A stretch of DNA of 64,000 nucleotides from Patescibacteria group bacterium (GCA_022563395.1 JADFNM010000001.1:462342-526341), one strand, 5' to 3'; shown: positions 17,921-27,053, numbered from the stretch's first letter. A program made the numbers and translations. Notes: generated from the sequence alone by a model not told the origin.

Positions 17921-18943
17921 TTACTCCACAATCACCCAGGCCGTAGCACACGTTGCCGTTGCCCCGCTTAAGTCTCTGACTTCAACCTTTGGCATAAACG
18001 TCCCGAGACGCGCGTAGGAATGGAACGGAGAAGAATATTGTGACGTGTCCCCATCCCCAAAACTCCAGGAAAAGGAGAGTTGGTCTCCGTCGGGGTCCGT
18101 GGCTTGCGTCTCAAACCGAAACTCGGTGGTCCGGTCCCCCCGGCCAGGGGTAACCCGACAGAAGCTGATCTCGGGGCTTTTATTCACAAACACCCGGAAC
18201 GGCACCGATTCCCCGGAAGCTACGTTTCCTGCCGCATCAGAACAGACAAAGGCGCCCCCGTACTCGCCGGGCACAGAAAAGGCGTGTAAAAAAGATACGC
18301 TGCAAGCTTCTCCCTCCTGGCAGGGCAAGGGGGAGAGAAAAACGTCTGCCTCCAGCACTTTTCTGTCTACAAAGAAGGCGCATCCCGTTATCTTGCCGTT
18401 GTCTGAAACCGTTGCTTCAATAATATACTCCTCCCCCGGCTGGACAATGGGAGGTAGGGAGGCCTTCCCCACCTCAGGACCGTTAAGGTCAATGAGGAAC
18501 ACGGCACTCTCCCAGGAAGATTCGTTCCCCGCCTTGTCGAATGCCTTGCTGGACAGCAGGCATCTTCCAGCAGAAGAGGTGGCATCAAATGTGGAGGAGC
18601 ACGTCTGCCCCTGCCCGACCGAGACAAACACCCGAACTTCCTGGCAGGGGCGGACTCCCCCAACAGCCTGCCTTGTTCCAAGGTCCTGAATGATGTACTG
18701 ACATTGGTGTTTCTCTGCGAAACCAGAATCGAGATCAGAATCAAGAATCGTGGCGAGAAATCCCTTGCTGTGCCAGGACTTGTCCTGCGGGAAGAAGATG
18801 GCCGTAAAAGGAGGAAGGGTATCACTTAAGACATCCGGCTGCTCGGCTTCTTGGGGGGATTCTCTCAGCAAGAACCCCACGGCAAACACCAGCAAAAGAA
18901 CGCCAAGTCCAACAAAGAAGAAGGCAAGGTATCGTCTTCTCAT
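17921..18943 (-). CDS. Membrane-anchored protein with C-terminal PKD domain
   Basis: N-terminal TM, and a C-terminal DPDGDQLSFSWSFGDGD..HSY..GTF..KVEVRD PKD signature. Confidence 0.7.
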   Translation of the reverse strand: MRRRYLAFFFVGLGVLLLVFAVGFLLRESPQEAEQPDVLSDTLPPFTAIFFPQDKSWHSKGFLATILDSDLDSGFAEKHQCQYIIQDLGTRQAVGGVRPCQEVRVFVSVGQGQTCSSTFDATSSAGRCLLSSKAFDKAGNESSWESAVFLIDLNGPEVGKASLPPIVQPGEEYIIEATVSDNGKITGCAFFVDRKVLEADVFLSPLPCQEGEACSVSFLHAFSVPGEYGGAFVCSDAAGNVASGESVPFRVFVNKSPEISFCRVTPGRGDRTTEFRFETQATDPDGDQLSFSWSFGDGDTSQYSSPFHSYARLGTFMPKVEVRDLSGATATCATAWVIVE

Positions 18944-19003
18944 TTCCGCATTCTACCACGAAAGAATCAAAAACGCGCAGGGTTTCCTGCGCGTCCTCTC
19001 CTC

Positions 19004-19591
19004 TCATCCCGACTTTGCCTTGATTACCTGATCAATTAAACCGTAAGTTTTTGCTTCCTCGGCTGTCATATAGTAATCGCGGTCCGTATCCTTTTCAATT
19101 TTTTCCATGGGTTGCCCCGTGTACTTTACCAGAATCTTGTTTAAGCGTTCTTTCATCCTCACGATTTCCTTGGCTGCAATCTCAATCTCAGAGGCCTGGC
19201 CCTGGGCTCCTCCTATGGGCTGGTGAATTAAAATTTGGGAGTTAGGCAGGGCAAAGCGCTTTCCTTTCTCGCCCGCTGCCAACAGCAGGGCTCCCATGGA
19301 GGCTGCCATGCCAACACATACCGTGTGTACGGGCGACTTTATATACTGCATGGTGTCATAGATGGCAAGCCCAGAGGAAATGATGCCGCCCGGGGTATTG
19401 ATGTAGAACTGAATGGGTTTTTCTGCATCACGTGAAGCCAAAAACAAGAACTGGGCAATAATGGAGTTTGCCACTACGTCGTTAATGGGGGCCCCCAAAA
19501 AAACGATGCGGTCTCGCAAAAGACGAGAATAGATGTCGTAGGCCCGCTCCCCATATTGAGTCTTTTCAATAACGGTTGGAATAAGATTCAT
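19004..19591 (-). CDS. clpP: ATP-dependent Clp protease proteolytic subunit
   Basis: [17 protein letters not shown] and the GMAASMGA active-site Ser region. Confidence 0.95.
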   Translation of the reverse strand: MNLIPTVIEKTQYGERAYDIYSRLLRDRIVFLGAPINDVVANSIIAQFLFLASRDAEKPIQFYINTPGGIISSGLAIYDTMQYIKSPVHTVCVGMAASMGALLLAAGEKGKRFALPNSQILIHQPIGGAQGQASEIEIAAKEIVRMKERLNKILVKYTGQPMEKIEKDTDRDYYMTAEEAKTYGLIDQVIKAKSG

Positions 19592-19600
19592 AATGTTATC

Positions 19601-20815
19601 TTACCCTTTTTCTTCTTTTGACGCAACCTCTTTGTGCCTCGTCGGCACATCCTCTGATTTCTCAACCTCCTCTTCTTCTTTTTCTAAAGAAACTCCTTTC
19701 CCTTCTGGGGTTCGAATATCTATCTTCCAACCCGTGAGTTTGGCCGCTAAGCGCACGTTCTGGCCATCCCGTCCAATGGCCAAGGACAGCTGATCTTCTG
19801 GAACAATGGCCACTGCCTTGTTCTGATCTTGAACCTCAACCTGCAGAACCTTGGCAGGGGATAGGGAATTTGCAAGATATACTTCAGAATCCTCTGCCCA
19901 TTCAATAATGTCTATCTTTTCACCCCCCAGCTCATTAATAACGGCAGAAACCCTTGTACCTCTTTGCCCTACCATGGAGCCAACCGGATCCACCCCTTCC
20001 TCCCGCGAAACCACGGCAATCTTTGACCTGGATCCGGGTTCCCTGGTAATGGCCTTAATCTCCACGCTTTCTGCTGCAATCTCTGGAACTTCCAATTCAA
20101 AAAGCTTGGAAATGAACTTGGGGTAGGCACGAGAGAGAACCACAGAAGGACCCCGGGGCTGGTCTTCTACAGACAAGAGGTAGAACTTCAATCTTTGGCC
20201 CGGACGGTAAAACTCTCCTGGAACCTGCTCTTCTTTGGGCATAATTCCTAACGTCTTTCCCAGATCCACAAATACCATTCTTCCCTCCACTCGCTGCACA
20301 ATGCCAGACACCAGCTCTCCTTCCTTTGACTGAAACTCTTCTAACACCGCCTCTCGTTCCGCCTCGCGTATCTTTTGCAAGATAACCTGCTTTGCGGTTT
20401 GAGCTGCAATCCTTCCGTAGTCGCCCTTTGACTCCAGTTTTATCTCCAGATCCTCTCCCACAGCAATCTTTTTTTGTATCTTCTTTGCGTCTGCCAAAAG
20501 AATGTGGCGCTCAGGGTGAAACCTCACCTTTTTCCCCTCTTGCGCAAGCTCTTCCTCCTCTTTTTTGTCCTTTAATTCCTCCAACTCCTCTTCTGAATAG
20601 ATCATGTCTTCGTCTACCACCTGCTTTACCTGCCAAAACTCAACCTTCCCTGTTTTGGGGTCCATTTTTGCCTTCACTATCTGTCCTCTGGTTCCGTATT
20701 CTTTTTTGTAGGCAGCGGCAACAGCCTGCTCAATTAACTCAAAGACCTTTTCCTTGGGAAGGCCTTTCTCTTCTGCAATGATCTCTACTGCCAGTAAAAA
20801 GTTTTTTAGATCCAT
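19601..20815 (-). CDS. nusA: Transcription termination/antitermination factor NusA
   Basis: N-terminal domain, S1 (GELVSGIVQRVE) and two KH domains (GQRGTRVSAV, IGRDGQNVRLAAKLTGWKIDI). Start taken at the ATG at 20815. Confidence 0.9.
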   Translation of the reverse strand: MDLKNFLLAVEIIAEEKGLPKEKVFELIEQAVAAAYKKEYGTRGQIVKAKMDPKTGKVEFWQVKQVVDEDMIYSEEELEELKDKKEEEELAQEGKKVRFHPERHILLADAKKIQKKIAVGEDLEIKLESKGDYGRIAAQTAKQVILQKIREAEREAVLEEFQSKEGELVSGIVQRVEGRMVFVDLGKTLGIMPKEEQVPGEFYRPGQRLKFYLLSVEDQPRGPSVVLSRAYPKFISKLFELEVPEIAAESVEIKAITREPGSRSKIAVVSREEGVDPVGSMVGQRGTRVSAVINELGGEKIDIIEWAEDSEVYLANSLSPAKVLQVEVQDQNKAVAIVPEDQLSLAIGRDGQNVRLAAKLTGWKIDIRTPEGKGVSLEKEEEEVEKSEDVPTRHKEVASKEEKG

Positions 20816-21026
20816 CCTTCGCTTTCTCGCTTCGCTCAAAAGCTACGGATGCCCTTCCGTAGCCTCCGGCGAAGGAGGGCTACAATTTCTATACTCTTGA
20901 TTAAAGAATGTCCGCTTTTGGCGGACACCTTCATTCACAAAGCCACTATACATCCTTTACTCCACTCTGTCAATCCCTCCTTAATAAAATTAAGGAATCG
21001 TTCTGAGCTACCACACATAACGTAGC

Positions 21027-21875
21027 TCAGTCTCCAACTCTATATTCCTCACTTTTTGGAGGTTTCACCCTTCCAGATTTTATGTCTCTTTTAAGATAAA
21101 AACGAGGCTTCCCTATGACATCAAAAATAGTCTCGTATGGTTCAAAAGAAACCATGTCCTCTCCAAAACTTAAATCATCCAGATCGCGGAGGATAAGTAA
21201 AAGGATAGCAACGGTTGAGATAAGCGTGCCAGTCAAAAAAAGAGATGGTAGGTCTGGTGTTCTGACAAAAAAGATAGAGAACACCAGGATCAAAGAAAGA
21301 AACAAAACTACCATCCACTCCAATTTACTCAACCTATCTTTGCCATACATAAATAAGCGTTCTCGTGCGGTTGTAATCTCGTTTAAAAGCGGCAAGAAGT
21401 TCGTATACGTCTCCACTTCTTTATTGGTCTTTAATTCTTTTACATCACCAAGAGATTGAATGATTGCATTAAAATGCGGGTCAATTTTTCCATAGTCCTG
21501 CCACTCAACAGCAAAGAACTCTCTTACGTATCTATCAATAAGTTCTTGCTGTTTTTTTGCCCACTCTTTGTGCTGAGGGAAGTCCCCGAGTATCTGTGTA
21601 AAAAGATAATAGGTCTGAAGACCACTGACCTCTGTTGCAACACTGTCCCTGATTTTTTGGAACCTGCTCCATAGGTCGGTAATGAAAAACCCAACCAGGA
21701 TTGCGAAAAGAAGGCCCACGACTCCCAGAATGGTGTTTATACCCTCTCCTACATCTTCCTTGGTGGGAAGCAGAAAAACCAGGAGAAACGATCCCGCTAT
21801 AACAACAGTAACAAGATATGGGAGCTTAATTTTCTTTAAGAGAGAGGCCACATATTTATAATACTGAACTAGCAC
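21027..21875 (-). CDS. Membrane protein, hypothetical (GTG start)
   Basis: 282-aa ORF with four TM helices, AT-rich, flanked by hairpin-family repeats. Confidence 0.5.
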   Translation of the reverse strand: MLVQYYKYVASLLKKIKLPYLVTVVIAGSFLLVFLLPTKEDVGEGINTILGVVGLLFAILVGFFITDLWSRFQKIRDSVATEVSGLQTYYLFTQILGDFPQHKEWAKKQQELIDRYVREFFAVEWQDYGKIDPHFNAIIQSLGDVKELKTNKEVETYTNFLPLLNEITTARERLFMYGKDRLSKLEWMVVLFLSLILVFSIFFVRTPDLPSLFLTGTLISTVAILLLILRDLDDLSFGEDMVSFEPYETIFDVIGKPRFYLKRDIKSGRVKPPKSEEYRVGD

Positions 21876-21933
21876 AATAAGACAAGAAACCCGCCTATTT
21901 GGCGCTTCTTTGTTTTGAGATAAACCGATATCT

Positions 21934-22073
21934 CCTAAATGAAATTAAAGCATTCTTAACTTCATTAGGGAATCACTAATTTCAATGAATATTGCTTAAA
22001 TCTCGTTTAGGCATGAATGATTTTTCCGATTATCTCTTAAATGAAATTAAGGATTCCTTAATTTCATTTAAGA
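21934..22073. repeat. Cluster of three hairpin-family copies
   Basis: 21934-21970 is a paired half-site copy, 21995-22011 is CTTAAATCTCGTTTAGG, and 22035-22073 is a perfect 19-bp-arm palindrome TCTTAAATGAAATTAAGGA-T-TCCTTAATTTCATTTAAGA. Confidence 0.85.
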
Positions 22074-22090
22074 ACTATTGAATTCTCACT

Positions 22091-22119
22091 TTGACCTACA
22101 AAAGGAGGTGGGGCATACT
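22091..22119 (+). promoter_or_regulatory. Promoter TTGACC-17-CATACT, -10 ends 6 nt before the ATG at 22126
   Basis: Hexamers and spacing read directly from the sequence. Confidence 0.5.
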
Positions 22120-22125
22120 TGAGAT

Positions 22126-23079
22126 ATGAGCATTATACGGCTTGCCGTCTTCTTTCTCTTTCTCTTTTTTCCTTTCTCTCTTGCTTTCGCTCAAGAGACA
22201 AACGCCGGGTTTGTACAGGGTGTTTGGTATTCAAAAACCCCCTTTTTTGCAGGGGATACGATAAGAATATACACTGCAATTCAGAACAACTCCGGCTTTG
22301 ACATTCAAGGAACCATAGAGTTTTTGGTAAACGGCAACAATATAGGTGAATCATCGTTTTCTGCTGCCAACGGAAGAATTACAGAAGCATGGAGCGATTG
22401 GAAAGTTACACAGGGAAATTACTCCGTTGCAGCTCACATTAAAGAAGCATTTAGGGTAGAGATTGGAAAAAATCCAGAGCCAATTTCCCTGGGCACTGGT
22501 GTGCTTGGAGCAAGCGAGGTGTTTATAGATGAAGATACGGATCAAGATGGAATAGGAAATATGGAGGATGACGACGATGATAACGACGGCCTCACAGATC
22601 AAGAGGAAGAAATACTTAAAACAGACCCTCTGAATCCAGATACAGACGGAGACGGAGTAAGCGACCAAGAAGAGGTAAATTCTGGGACCAACCCATTAGT
22701 AAAAGAGAATGCTTTAATAGAAACGCAGGAAAAATCAGAAAAAGAGGAAGTGGTACCAGAAGAATCCCTTTTAAAAGAGATTACTGACACAATAACCCAA
22801 GAATACCTTCCTTCTCTCGTACAAAAAGTAGATGCTCTCGCAAAAGACACAACAGAGAAACTCAAAGAGCAAAGACAGGAACTTCAAGAAAAGAAAAATG
22901 CATTTTTAGCAGGAAAAAGCCCCGAGCCCCTTTCTGTGGCAGAACAAAGCCTGGACTTTCTTTTAGCCTCAGCCATTATTGCCCTACCACAATGGCAGAT
23001 TGGTTTGTTCCTCTTTTTTGCAATTGCAGCAGCTCTCCTGTTACGCCGTCTCGCTTCTAAAGAACAAGAAAGAGGATAA
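22126..23079 (+). CDS. Secreted protein with thrombospondin-type-3-like Asp-rich Ca-binding repeats and a C-terminal TM anchor
   Basis: Signal peptide; DTDQDGIGNMEDDDDDNDGLTDQEE..DPLNPDTDGDGVSDQEE; C-terminal hydrophobic helix. Confidence 0.6.
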   Translation: MSIIRLAVFFLFLFFPFSLAFAQETNAGFVQGVWYSKTPFFAGDTIRIYTAIQNNSGFDIQGTIEFLVNGNNIGESSFSAANGRITEAWSDWKVTQGNYSVAAHIKEAFRVEIGKNPEPISLGTGVLGASEVFIDEDTDQDGIGNMEDDDDDNDGLTDQEEEILKTDPLNPDTDGDGVSDQEEVNSGTNPLVKENALIETQEKSEKEEVVPEESLLKEITDTITQEYLPSLVQKVDALAKDTTEKLKEQRQELQEKKNAFLAGKSPEPLSVAEQSLDFLLASAIIALPQWQIGLFLFFAIAAALLLRRLASKEQERG

Positions 23080-23455
23080 AGAAATTCACTAAGGCACTCA
23101 AGATACACCATTCACACCACTTTTTCAAGATGAAAGCTTGAACAAAAAGAAGGTACAAAGAAGCAAGGGAGGCTGAAATTGCAGCAAACAGCAAAAGGGA
23201 AAGAAGGGGAAGTCCCAGACCCATGGTATTGCCAAGCTGCGAGAGAACAAACAGGGCAAGAACAAAAAGGTAAAAGCCAACGCCAAACACCTCGCTGGGG
23301 ATACCAAACATGTATCCATACTCGCTCTTGCTCACTTTGTCGCAGTCATCCCCAAAAAAACACACAAGCTTTTCCTTTCGGAGTTTTTTGTACAAGAGGT
23401 AAGAGGCATCTGCCAACCCAATAAGGGCTAGAACGGGAATCCAAAAAGAAAACAT
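23057..23455 (-). CDS. VKOR (vitamin K epoxide reductase) family membrane protein
   Basis: Four TM helices, a loop Cys pair (C..DDC) and a CEWC redox motif in the last helix. Confidence 0.55.
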   Translation of the reverse strand: MFSFWIPVLALIGLADASYLLYKKLRKEKLVCFFGDDCDKVSKSEYGYMFGIPSEVFGVGFYLFVLALFVLSQLGNTMGLGLPLLSLLLFAAISASLASLYLLFVQAFILKKWCEWCILSALVNFFILFLVL

Positions 23456-23456
23456 A

Positions 23457-24374
23457 TTACAGCCAGCGGTTTTTCAAAAATAAGGTAAGAACGGCAACAG
23501 AAACTAAAATAGTGACCCCCAGCACCACCAAAAAGGCATCAGGGGAATCAGCCAGGGGAAGACGCACATTCATGCCGTAAAAAGAGGCAATAATGGTTGG
23601 AACGGTCAAAACAATGGTAAGAGCAGTTAAGATTTTTATCACCCGGTTTAAGTTGTTGCTCATGATGGTAGAGTATCCTTCCCTGACGTTGCTAATACTC
23701 CTCATGTTGGACTGGCACAGTTCAATTAACTGGCGGTTTGAAAGCGTGAGGTCTTCCACTAATTCGCGGTCTTGCTCGTAGAGCTGCAGAAATTTCCCAG
23801 ACAAAAGATTATTCAGCAAGGTGTTTGTGGGGGTCAGGGCTGCGAGAAAATCGTTCAAAGACCCTTCAAACATCACAAACTGCTTTATCTCCTTGTTTCC
23901 AATGTCTTCTAAGCGAACCGTCACTCCCCGCACATTCTTTGCAATGTTGTTGATGAAAGAAGAGTACGCGGTGTTGATTTCAGAAAAGAGCTGCAGGAAG
24001 AGTTTGGTTTTTTGCGTGGTGTAAAATTCCACCCTGCCTTCCTGAAACTTTGCTAAAAAGGGAAGAGAACGATGAGAAATCGTCAAAACAAAGTTTTTGC
24101 CAACTGCAATCATGAGAGGAGTGGTGGTCTGCACTTCTTCTTGAAGAGGCACCCTTGTGTATACATACGTCACGCCTCCTTCTCGCTCCACCCGGGGAAC
24201 CTCATAGGGATCCACAGCGTCTCGGAGAAGATCTCTATTAAGTGGCAGATCCTGTGCCAAAAAATCCAGCTCTTCCTCGGTTGGATTCTCAACTGCAACC
24301 CAAGAACCCGTCTTGAACTTTTCAAGCGTTTGGAGCTCCTGTTCTTTTAATGTTCTGTAGTAGATAGTAATCAT
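23457..24374 (-). CDS. corA: CorA-family Mg2+/Co2+ transporter
   Basis: C-terminal two TM helices with the YGMNV signature. Confidence 0.85.
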   Translation of the reverse strand: MITIYYRTLKEQELQTLEKFKTGSWVAVENPTEEELDFLAQDLPLNRDLLRDAVDPYEVPRVEREGGVTYVYTRVPLQEEVQTTTPLMIAVGKNFVLTISHRSLPFLAKFQEGRVEFYTTQKTKLFLQLFSEINTAYSSFINNIAKNVRGVTVRLEDIGNKEIKQFVMFEGSLNDFLAALTPTNTLLNNLLSGKFLQLYEQDRELVEDLTLSNRQLIELCQSNMRSISNVREGYSTIMSNNLNRVIKILTALTIVLTVPTIIASFYGMNVRLPLADSPDAFLVVLGVTILVSVAVLTLFLKNRWL

Positions 24375-24399
24375 AGAATTTTTCTATTATACCTTACGG

Positions 24400-24470
24400 T
24401 GGACCTAGGCGGAATCGAACCGCCGTCTCAGCAATGCGAATGCCGCATTCTACCATTGAACCATAGGCCC
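24400..24470 (-). tRNA. tRNA-Ala (anticodon CGC)
   Basis: Acceptor GGGCCTA/TAGGTCC with the G3:U70 identity pair, anticodon loop TTCGCAT, T-arm GGCGGTTCGATTCCGCC. Confidence 0.85.
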
Positions 24471-24545
24471 TGGTCGGGGATGTGGGAGTCGAACCCACCA
24501 TCTCACCGTCCCGAACGGTGCATGTTGCCGCTACACTAATCCCCG
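24471..24545 (-). tRNA. tRNA-Pro (anticodon CGG), CCA encoded
   Basis: Acceptor CGGGGAT/ATCCCCG, anticodon stem CACCG/CGGTG, loop TTCGGGA. Confidence 0.9.
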
Positions 24546-24579
24546 TTTGTTTTTAATGTTTGAAACCAAGCAGTTGGTT

Positions 24580-26067
24580 TCAAACCCAATACTTTTGTTT
24601 TGACATTTCATCCCGCTTCATCTCCACATGTTCGCGCTCTTTCTTTGCCTTCTTTGAAAGATGGAGGAGTTCTGCCTCCTCAAGGGGTAAGAGTTCTTTT
24701 ACTTCCCTCTCCAGATACTTTTTGGTATTCTTCTTGGGGTCTTCCAGCACCCCCGCCAACAGCACATCTAATAGGTAGCCAACCTTGGGACCAGGGGAAA
24801 GGTTTCCCAGTTTCATTACGTCCGAACCGTTGAGTTTTAACATCTTTGCTGAAATGGGGTCCTTTTGCACCCTTTCAATAACATACCGCAAGTGGCGAAG
24901 CTTGTAGGGTTCGGCCTTTGGCACCCCAGAGCCAATGCGGTCTGCCATGCGAACTTGCATTAAATCCTCCACGTTCTCTTTCCCAATATTTCGCAGTAAC
25001 CTCCGAATGGATGATTCTGTTACTTCGTCCACGTTGTAGTAAAAGAGGTGATAACGAACCAGATTCGCTATCTTCCCTGTTTGTTTTTTGGGAAACTTAA
25101 GGCGTTCTAAAATCCGTTCTGTCATTTTAGCTCCCACCACCTCATGGCCATAGAAAGTGGAGTGTAAACCTTCTCCTCTCTTTACCTTGGGCTTGCCAAC
25201 ATCATGCAGCAAAGAAGCCAGTCTCACTTCCAAACTCCAGTTGTTTTTTGCTGCGTATTGCAAAGCCAAAAGGTTGTGTTCCCACACGGTGTAAATGTGG
25301 TGCTTGTTTTGAGCGACTCCATACCCTTGCTCAAGCTCCGGAAGAATGTATTTGAGCAGGCCTAATTCTCTGAGTTCTTCAATGCCTTCCATTGCTTTTT
25401 TGCCCATGAGAAGCTTTAAGAACTCATCCCGTATTCTTTCAGCTGAAATTTCTTTTAAAAGGCTTGCATCCTTTTGAATTGCCTTTCTGGTCTTCTCTTC
25501 TATTGCAAACCCCAGGGTTGCAACAAAGCGCACTGCTCTCATCATGCGCAAGGCATCTTCTTTAAACCGTTCCTTTGGATTTCCCACTGCGCGAATGAGT
25601 TTTGCTTTTAAGTCCCTTTGTCCTTCAAAAGGGTCGTACACCTTCAGCTCTCCTAAACGAGATTTAGGAGCTCCTAAATCTCGTTTAGGAGATAAGGCAA
25701 TGGCATTTACAGTAAAGTCGCGGCGAGAAAGATCTTCGTTAAGATTATTTGCATATTCAACCCTTCCTGGCCTCCTTCGGTCTGCATACTCAAACTCAGC
25801 CCTAAAGGTGGTCACCTCAATCTCTTTTACATGGGGGTCTTTGCTGTTGGTGAGAATAGTTACCGTAAAGAACTTATTTTCATAGAAGTTGCTGGGAAAG
25901 AGTTTTTGAATCTGCTCTGGGGTGGCACTTGTCGCAATGTCCCAGTCGTTGGGCTCTTTTTTTAAGAACAGGTCCCGAACGCATCCTCCCACCACATATG
26001 CCTCAAAACCTGCTTTCTCAAGCTTTGCTACAACCTCTTTTACCTCTTTTGGAAGAGCAGTCTTCAT
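24580..26067 (-). CDS. cca: CCA-adding tRNA nucleotidyltransferase with HD domain
   Basis: GGCVRD nucleotidyltransferase motif, RRDFTVNAIA and an HD domain (LLHDVGKP). Confidence 0.85.
   Translation of the reverse strand: MKTALPKEVKEVVAKLEKAGFEAYVVGGCVRDLFLKKEPNDWDIATSATPEQIQKLFPSNFYENKFFTVTILTNSKDPHVKEIEVTTFRAEFEYADRRRPGRVEYANNLNEDLSRRDFTVNAIALSPKRDLGAPKSRLGELKVYDPFEGQRDLKAKLIRAVGNPKERFKEDALRMMRAVRFVATLGFAIEEKTRKAIQKDASLLKEISAERIRDEFLKLLMGKKAMEGIEELRELGLLKYILPELEQGYGVAQNKHHIYTVWEHNLLALQYAAKNNWSLEVRLASLLHDVGKPKVKRGEGLHSTFYGHEVVGAKMTERILERLKFPKKQTGKIANLVRYHLFYYNVDEVTESSIRRLLRNIGKENVEDLMQVRMADRIGSGVPKAEPYKLRHLRYVIERVQKDPISAKMLKLNGSDVMKLGNLSPGPKVGYLLDVLLAGVLEDPKKNTKKYLEREVKELLPLEEAELLHLSKKAKKEREHVEMKRDEMSKQKYWV
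25650..25691. repeat. Perfect 42-bp palindrome of the hairpin family, in frame inside cca
   Basis: CTCCTAAACGAGATTTAGGAG|CTCCTAAATCTCGTTTAGGAG. Encodes SPKRDLGAPKSRLG between NAIAL and ELKVYDPFEG. Confidence 0.9.
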
Positions 26068-26070
26068 CGC

Positions 26071-26099
26071 TTGAATATTAGCTTAAATTGTGGTATATT
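26071..26099 (+). promoter_or_regulatory. Promoter TTGAAT-17-TGgTATATT upstream of tRNA-Arg(TCG)
   Basis: Hexamers, 17-nt spacer and extended -10 TG read directly from the sequence. Confidence 0.5.
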
Positions 26100-26169
26100 T
26101 CAATCGAAAGCTTCCTTAATTTCATTAAGGCCTGCCTGCGCAGACAGGAGATAGACGAGTAAATGTACT

Positions 26170-26242
26170 GTCCTCGTGGTGTAATGGATAACATTTTGCG
26201 CTTCGGACGCGACGATTGCAGGTTCGAGTCCTGCCGAGGACA
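26170..26242 (+). tRNA. tRNA-Arg (anticodon TCG)
   Basis: Acceptor GTCCTCG/CGAGGAC, anticodon stem TTGCG/CGCGA, loop CTTCGGA. Flanked by hairpin-family copies at 26114-26130 and 26247-26262. Confidence 0.9.
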
Positions 26243-26283
26243 CAATCCTTAATTTCATTAAGAAAATATGGCAGAATAGAACA

Positions 26284-26676
26284 ATGAAGAAGTTTCTCCC
26301 CATAGTTCTCATCGTATTCCTGTTTTTGCCTTTGCTCATTTTTGCACAACAGGGGCTGGTTCCTTGTGGCGAAGCAGGAAACCCTTGCAAGTTGTGCCAT
26401 CTTTTTCAGCTCGTCAACAACATCTTAAATTGGGTGCTCTTTGTAATTATCCCCATTATAGCCCCTATCTTTATTGTGATTGGGGGCATCTACCTTTTGA
26501 TTGCGCGAGGCGATCCTGGGATGTTTAGTAAGGGGAAAAGCGTCTTGACTGCAACCGTTATTGGCCTTATTATCGTGTACACCGCCTATGTTCTCTTGAG
26601 CACTGTGCTCACCTCTTTGGGAGTAGCTAACTGGACCGGCCTTGGAAGCTGGTGGCAAATTGCTTGTCCGATATAA
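26284..26676 (+). CDS. VirB2/TrbC-like T4SS pilin family protein
   Basis: Signal peptide, then a GLVPCG..C..C motif, then two TM helices separated by ARGDPGMFSKGK. Confidence 0.65.
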   Translation: MKKFLPIVLIVFLFLPLLIFAQQGLVPCGEAGNPCKLCHLFQLVNNILNWVLFVIIPIIAPIFIVIGGIYLLIARGDPGMFSKGKSVLTATVIGLIIVYTAYVLLSTVLTSLGVANWTGLGSWWQIACPI

Positions 26677-26818
26677 ATGAAGAGATTATAGACCCGGGGA
26701 AACCCAAACAGTCTGCCAAAGTAGTCCCGCACAAGCGGGACCCCGGGCCGAGCTTCTTATGCCGTGCTCGCCGCTGGCTCGCACATGGCAAAATATGTTG
26801 CTCGGCCGGCAAAAGCCA

Positions 26819-26948
26819 AGCAGTTGGAATGGGTAGATTATAGACCCGGTGCATTTTCTCGGTGAGCCGAGCCTACTGGCAAACAACGCTCGCAGAGAAA
26901 ATGCCCCTTAAAACCAAAGCAGTTTGGTTTTAAGCCCCCATAGCTCAA
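26819..26948. repeat. Right copy of the ~130-bp inverted repeat (partner 3951-4081)
   Basis: See 3951-4081. Extends 15 nt into tRNA-Lys, whose 5' end equals that of tRNA-Arg(TCT). Confidence 0.85.
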
Positions 26949-27004
26949 TGGCAGAGCAGAGGACTCTTAATCCTTTGATGTAAGTTCGACTCTTACTGGG
27001 GGCA
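26934..27004 (+). tRNA. tRNA-Lys (anticodon CTT)
   Basis: Acceptor GCCCCCA/TGGGGGC, anticodon stem GAGGA/TCCTT, loop CTCTTAA. Confidence 0.9.
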
Positions 27005-27053
27005 CTATATTTATTAGTAGTATGAAAGTACCTTGAATGAAATTAAGAACGTG

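Noticed and set aside
26627-26854. 75-aa minus-strand ORF starting MHRVYNLPIPTA. The same 12 residues can be read at 4046 on the plus strand.
   Set aside because: The shared peptide is a by-product of the duplicated inverted-repeat DNA. The two reading frames diverge immediately after the repeat, and one stops after ~34 codons.
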